Positions 57,843 through 64,000 of a DNA stretch of 64,000 bases are shown one piece after another. Both the position numbers and the translations under genes were made by a program. The notes beneath the pieces were generated by a model, which saw nothing but the letters and a program-made list of their open reading frames with translations, did no database searches and had not been told where the DNA came from. Source of the DNA: Octopus vulgaris (taxonomy: Eukaryota); assembly GCA_951406725.2 (NCBI GenBank), contig OX597820.1, positions 124,124,001 through 124,188,000 on the forward strand, read 5' to 3'. Each line of letters begins with the position of its first letter. The first letter of the stretch is position 1.

Positions 57843-58130
57843 GGCGGCGAGCTGGAAGAAACGTTAGCACGCCGGGCGAAATGCGTAACCTTATTTCGCC
57901 TGCCGTTACGTTCTTGTTTGTCCCGTCCGTGTTTAGCCCCTTGTGGATAGTAAAGAAATAGGTATTTTGTCTGTCTTTAAGATCTGAGGTCGACTTTGCC
58001 TTTCATCATTTCGAGATCAATTAAATAAGTACCAATTATACACTGGGGTCGATATGATCGATTTAATGCGTTCGTCTGTCCTTGTTTGTCCCATCTGTGT
58101 GTAGTGCTTTGTGGGTAGTAAAGAAATAAG
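57843..58130 (+). mobile_element. Deu/Nin-like SINE in a rearranged tandem-dimer form
   Basis: Head 57843-57913, tail fragment 57914-57960, then a second unit starting ggtattttgtctg through core and tail to 58130. Confidence 0.85.
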
Positions 58131-58154
58131 AAAGATTTTATTGCATTTTTTGTA

Positions 58155-58345
58155 TTTTTGCAAGATAGTGACCAGCATTTCAGATGAGGGCCAAACAGTT
58201 GAGAGGCGCAGTCACGCACATTGAAACCAAAAATGTGTGTTCAGGAATAGTGTCATGATGAAACAAGACAACTTTCATCATTTTTCCACGGCGTTTGGTC
58301 TCCATACCTTTTCGTAACCACCTAAGCAATTGGCATCCATTAATG
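58155..58345 (-). mobile_element. mariner transposase fragment
   Basis: LLRWLRKGMETKRRGKMMKVVLFHHDTIPEHTFLVSM (cf. LRQLRKAIK.KRPGKL.KGVLFHQDNAPAHKS.V.M), followed by a LAPSD-like region. Confidence 0.75.
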
Positions 58346-58524
58346 CGACAACACGAAAATTTGTCAAGTTTCGAGTGAAGATGCAACTACTTACATTTCA
58401 AGTTTTCTTTATACAATAACCTGTCAGTTTACATGGAAATAAACGATGCGGTTATTAATGAGAAGATATGAAATTAATACGTGCATTTCATACTCAGCCT
58501 CTGAAGTTTTCAAACCAACCTCGT

Positions 58525-59150
<626 letters not shown>

Positions 59151-59542
59151 CAGTATCAAAGTGCTCTTACAATGCATACCCATTAAGTAGGATATGCATT
59201 TCCGCTGAGACTCAATTTCTGTGCATTTTCTTTTACCCAGTGATTGTATTGGTGATGAATGCAAACGGATTTTTGACTAATGTTAATATAAGTGCAATAT
59301 ATATATATAAACATTCTATGTGTTGTCTTCCGACTGGCATTTTTGTGACGATTACACATTACAGACAATTTTCACATTGGAAGATATAATTGAGTGCTTT
59401 TGAGATTTGTATTACAACTACGTATTTCTTTGTTTTACTTCAGTATGCGATAATTTGGTTAAGTGCCTTTAGCCATAATCTCTAGTTGGATGACCTCTCC
59501 GTAAAATGAACACCTGTGAAATTGTCTAAAGTGTATGATTAC

Positions 59543-59574
<32 letters not shown>

Positions 59575-59855
59575 ATGTGTGTGTGTGTCTATGTGTCTCT
59601 ATATATGCGTATATGCTAGTGTATCAATATATCTAAGCATGCATGTATGTATATGCATGCATACATACATACATAAATACATACATGCATACATACAAAC
59701 ATAACATTTGGTTGATGTTGAAATTCCAATGACAGTGCTTTGGATCTAGGTTTGAAACCGGCCTTTTCTCTATTGGCAAGAAATCTAGAAATAAAGCTGA
59801 ATAATGACACACACACACACACACACACGCAGGCACACACAAACACACACACGTA

Positions 59856-59900
<45 letters not shown>

Positions 59901-60339
59901 CGTACAAACACTTGCACATAAATATATACACATATACTACTATTTACATGTTTATTTATGTCTGAGAAAAACATATACTTTTGTGCCTTGGTACACCGTA
60001 CTTTACTGAAAAATTTGGTTAATTTATCCGTGCAATTACCAGCCTCTATATAACCAACTAAATAATTTCAAGACAATGTTCAAGTATAACTATAGCCTAA
60101 CAACTAAAACCAGAAAGTAATAAGAGAATTTCGGAGAATTTTGCACGATCAGCTATCATATTGCTGTTGTAGTTGTGCTCAAATAGAATGGACATTGTAT
60201 AGAGGTCCTCTCGTTCTATAATAGGGTATCGTTCTTAATGTAGGTAAATTAATCATTATGAATGTAGTTGATATAACGATCAATACTATAGTGTCCGACA
60301 CGATAATACATAAATATATATATATATATATATGTGTGT

Positions 60340-60411
<72 letters not shown>

Positions 60412-62434
60412 CTGATAGCATTATGCTATGTCCGAGCCGGAATTAAACATTCGAACGTAAGCTAACGAGTCAATGGGTTACTGAACATCATCAACTTGCT
60501 TCTCTTTTGCACGGTATATAGTTCCAAGACGATAATTGCAATGCGGTGTAGAGATCAATAAATTTACTCTGCGTCGATGGTAAAATTGTTAGCTTAAAGG
60601 CCGAAACCTTGTCCTCACGGCCATAATCTTGCTTTATTGAACAGAATATATTGAAGGAAAAGATACGATCGAATTAACATTTAGTAAACAAACGTGATGT
60701 TAACCATTTCTTGCTGGTCAGTGACTTCGGATAACTGGCTGTTTGCCAGACATAACGTAAACGTAACTCAGAAACATGTATGATTCATGATTGGAGCACA
60801 TTTTTTATGGAAACATTCTACAGATGAAGGAATTAAACATCTTGTTCGTAGTCTGCCCGTATGATTAATTTAGCAAGTATATTTTTAAGTATATATTTAG
60901 TCAAAATTTCATCAACCAAACTTCCAACGTCATAACATCAAACCGTAACGCAGTTCTGGAAATTTCTAAAATATCATGTGAATTAGTTTATTGCTTGAGA
61001 ATTTGATCAATATATACACATAAAACAATAAAATGGGTCACAATCATTGTTAAAGAAAAACTATTTAAACTGTTCACTTTCAATATGGTTTTAACGACGT
61101 ATGTTAATATGTAAGCCAAGACAAAGCTGTTCATGTAAATCTATGACCAACAGTTTTAAACCCATACCCATCCGAATTCTATTTCATGTATAACGTAGCT
61201 TGGTATTTACTGCTCTGTCGAAATAATTCGTACAAGATCTTTTATTAGTTCATGTAACGTATGCTATATATAAAGCCAGAGATGAAATCTAAATCCGCCT
61301 GCTTACAGATCAAAGGCATTCCAGTGGTGACCACAATGTCTTTACTTCAGGAAGCACGTCTAGATTTATTTGAAGCATTGCATCCCGTTCTTTTCCGTTG
61401 GAAATTTTATAATTTCAGGGAGTGATTTGGCAACTTCGGGCAACTTGGATGATAAAATAGCGATCCTTGTAACTATTATATTTAGAGGGCTTCATTGATG
61501 TAACTCTGGTTATTTCTAGAAGAAAATCAGAATTTTAATTAATTCTCTTGGGAAAAGGTAGAAGATCTCCAGTTTAAGTACAACCGGAAAAAAGCGCTAA
61601 CCTGAGTTGATGAGTTTCCTTTATCTCTATAGCGTAGTATGACGGGGTTATTGAAACACAACTGTTAATTGAATTGTGATGAATTTCAAAATGTGAACAT
61701 ATCCTTATCAAACGTCATGAGATATCTGGAATGGAATCCACACCTTAAAAAAGGGAAAAAACCCTCTTTCCAAACGCTCACCACCATCTCATGGAGAGGA
61801 GTTTCCTGGGCGAATCTGATTTGGATATAAATAGTACCATGTTTAACACATTGCTTACACTTAACTTACATCTTGCCCAGAAGTGCTAAATTTCGAAAGG
61901 CTTTTTGATACTTTGAATTAAACAAATTATATATCGATAAACACGGCAGTGAGATTTGACATTGATATCATTGCAAGAGTTTTAATTGATTAGATACGGC
62001 AAAAAGGTCTTAACAAGAATTAATAGCTACATAGCGCTCACTGTCTTTATTTATTTTCGGAACAGTGATATTTGCTATGTTTTCAAACTAATACTGCTTC
62101 CAATTCTTTCTTACAGAAATCCGGAAGGTTAAATGGAAAAATATTCTCATTTGTTGAATTTTAAGGAAATGACTTGCGCTTGCAAAACAAACTTGACTTA
62201 CTGAAGCTGCTCAAACGTAGACAGTATCTGATTATTGGAATTTACTCTCAATAATATTTTCAAGAAGAGTAGATGATTAGATATGAAAAAAAAAGAAGAA
62301 AGAATTCAAATTCCGTTTAGATGTTTTCAAAATAGTCGGGAATGTTGATCATCGGCAATATTTCCGTAATTGAAAGCTTACTACAGCAATGCCGAATCCG
62401 ACAGACTAATAACTATTACTAATATTACTAATTT

Positions 62435-62562
62435 TGTGTTCCGCCGAGGTGGACCTGGCTTTTCATTCATTCTGGATCGATCAAATATGTACCAGCTGCT
62501 GCTGGGGTTAATGTCATCGACTTACACGCCTCCTGAACTCTCTGGACATTTACCAAAAATTT
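62435..62562 (+). mobile_element. Deu/Nin-like SINE, 5'-truncated
   Basis: ttccgccgaggtggacctggcttttcattcattctggatcgatcaaatatgtaccag...ctggggttaatgtcatcgactta. Confidence 0.7.
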
Positions 62563-62815
62563 AAAAGAACATCATAAATTTCATCAATATAAAGTGCGTC
62601 AATAAGTGTGACAGTACCTTATCAGATGACATATAAATAAAACAAAATTGCCCAGGAATTTAACTATTAAAATGCCAATCTTAAATAATACAATGTGTCT
62701 TTTAGTATACACCAAATTTCGAACAATAGAACGTATAATTTATCTATTAACAACATACATTTTATGTTATAATAACATTTTGACTCATTAAAGCGAAACC
62801 GATATTTATGTATCG

Positions 62816-62919
<104 letters not shown>

Positions 62920-62949
62920 AATTATACATAAATACGTGTATGTTTGTTC

Positions 62950-63140
62950 TGGATTTGTGTGTCTTTGTGTCTGTCCCCACTACCGCAAGCATTGGTGTGT
63001 TTACATCCATGTAACATAGTGGTTCGGTAATACATATTGATAAAATATGTCTTACATAAAAAAAAAGATGAAGTTCGATCATTTCGACTAAAATTCTTGA
63101 AGGCGGTGCCTCGGCATGAAAGAAAGGTAACTGAATAAAA
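62950..63140 (+). mobile_element. CORE-like SINE tail
   Basis: ttggtgtgtttacatccatgtaacatagtggttcgg...ttcgactaaaattcttgaaggcggtgcctcggcatg. Confidence 0.7.
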
Positions 63141-64000
63141 TTGCTTGTTCTGGTGTATGTAAAGTAAAGACTTTCTGTGGGAAACAATAATAAGAAAAAT
63201 ATCTCAAAGGGAATTTGAATTTTCTATCACTACTGTAATTTAACGGAATTAATCAGCTCACGAGCTCACGTTTCCACGGCAACGTACCAGAATACACTTG
63301 GTAGAAAATTAACTTCCCAACGTTGTCTTAATTGTTGATATTATTATCGTAAATGAAACTCAGCCTCATCGTAGTTATTACATTCACTCTCACTACCGCA
63401 AAGGCAATCAGCGCTGTCAACATCAATAGCCCCATCACCACTGCCACCAAAACCACCACCGACAACAACAACAACAACAGCATCATTACCACTAACACCA
63501 GTATAATGATGGCGATGATGGTGATATAAAACAAGTAGAATGATTATTCTAAGCCTCTTTCCGAATACAAATACTGCCAAACCATAACATGTTTCAAATT
63601 AGGATTGAAATATTTAGAGGCCTATAAGGAGAATTAAAATCAAATTAAAATTATTAAATGATGTAAATAAATAAACAAACAATAAAACCAAAATCTCAAA
63701 AAAACTGAAAGTTATCGAAAATACATTGAAAATTTTAACTACGTTACTTGAAATTCAAGTACTTCAGATCTTTAGTTTATCTTCTTTCTCTCTCTATCTC
63801 GCCTTCTCTCTCTCTCTCCCTCTCTCTGCTTTTGTCTCTCTGTTTCTGCTTCTCTCTGTTTGTTTCTTTGCTATATATTTTCATGTTTTGTTTCGCGGAA
63901 TAAATACTGGGCAGTAAAAAAAAATAAATCTTGCAACAGATCATTAACAATATAATTATTTCCATGCTTCCACCGATGCCGCAACGCATTTCAGTGGGAG

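Noticed and set aside
63328-63580. Hydrophobic or Gly/Val-rich ORFs
   Set aside because: Decayed (ACC/AAC/ATC)n low-complexity sequence.

Overview
This is an AT-rich, microsatellite-dense animal genomic window that looks intronic or intergenic. The SINE families resemble those I recall from octopus (coleoid cephalopod); this is recognition, not a database result. I see no convincing intact host gene, and most ORFs in the track are microsatellite artefacts. The window is mainly transposable-element debris: a same-strand cluster of R4/Dong-like LINEs associated with (TAA)n (32-47 kb, one nearly intact 3' half), Tx1/L1-like, RTE, Tc1 and mariner fragments, several Penelope-like element (PLE) remnants, a Helitron-like non-autonomous element, and at least four tRNA-derived SINE families. 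Two related signals stand out. (1) A tRNA-headed SINE-like unit is joined through an (AAT)n spacer to a minimal hammerhead ribozyme, in a head-to-head inverted arrangement (15.3-16.0 kb). (2) A recurring class of fold-back elements sits in (TA)n with an 'arm + inverted arm + unique tail' layout; several of them turn around at or inside a hammerhead motif. Both suggest non-autonomous, retrozyme-like elements mobilised by PLEs.
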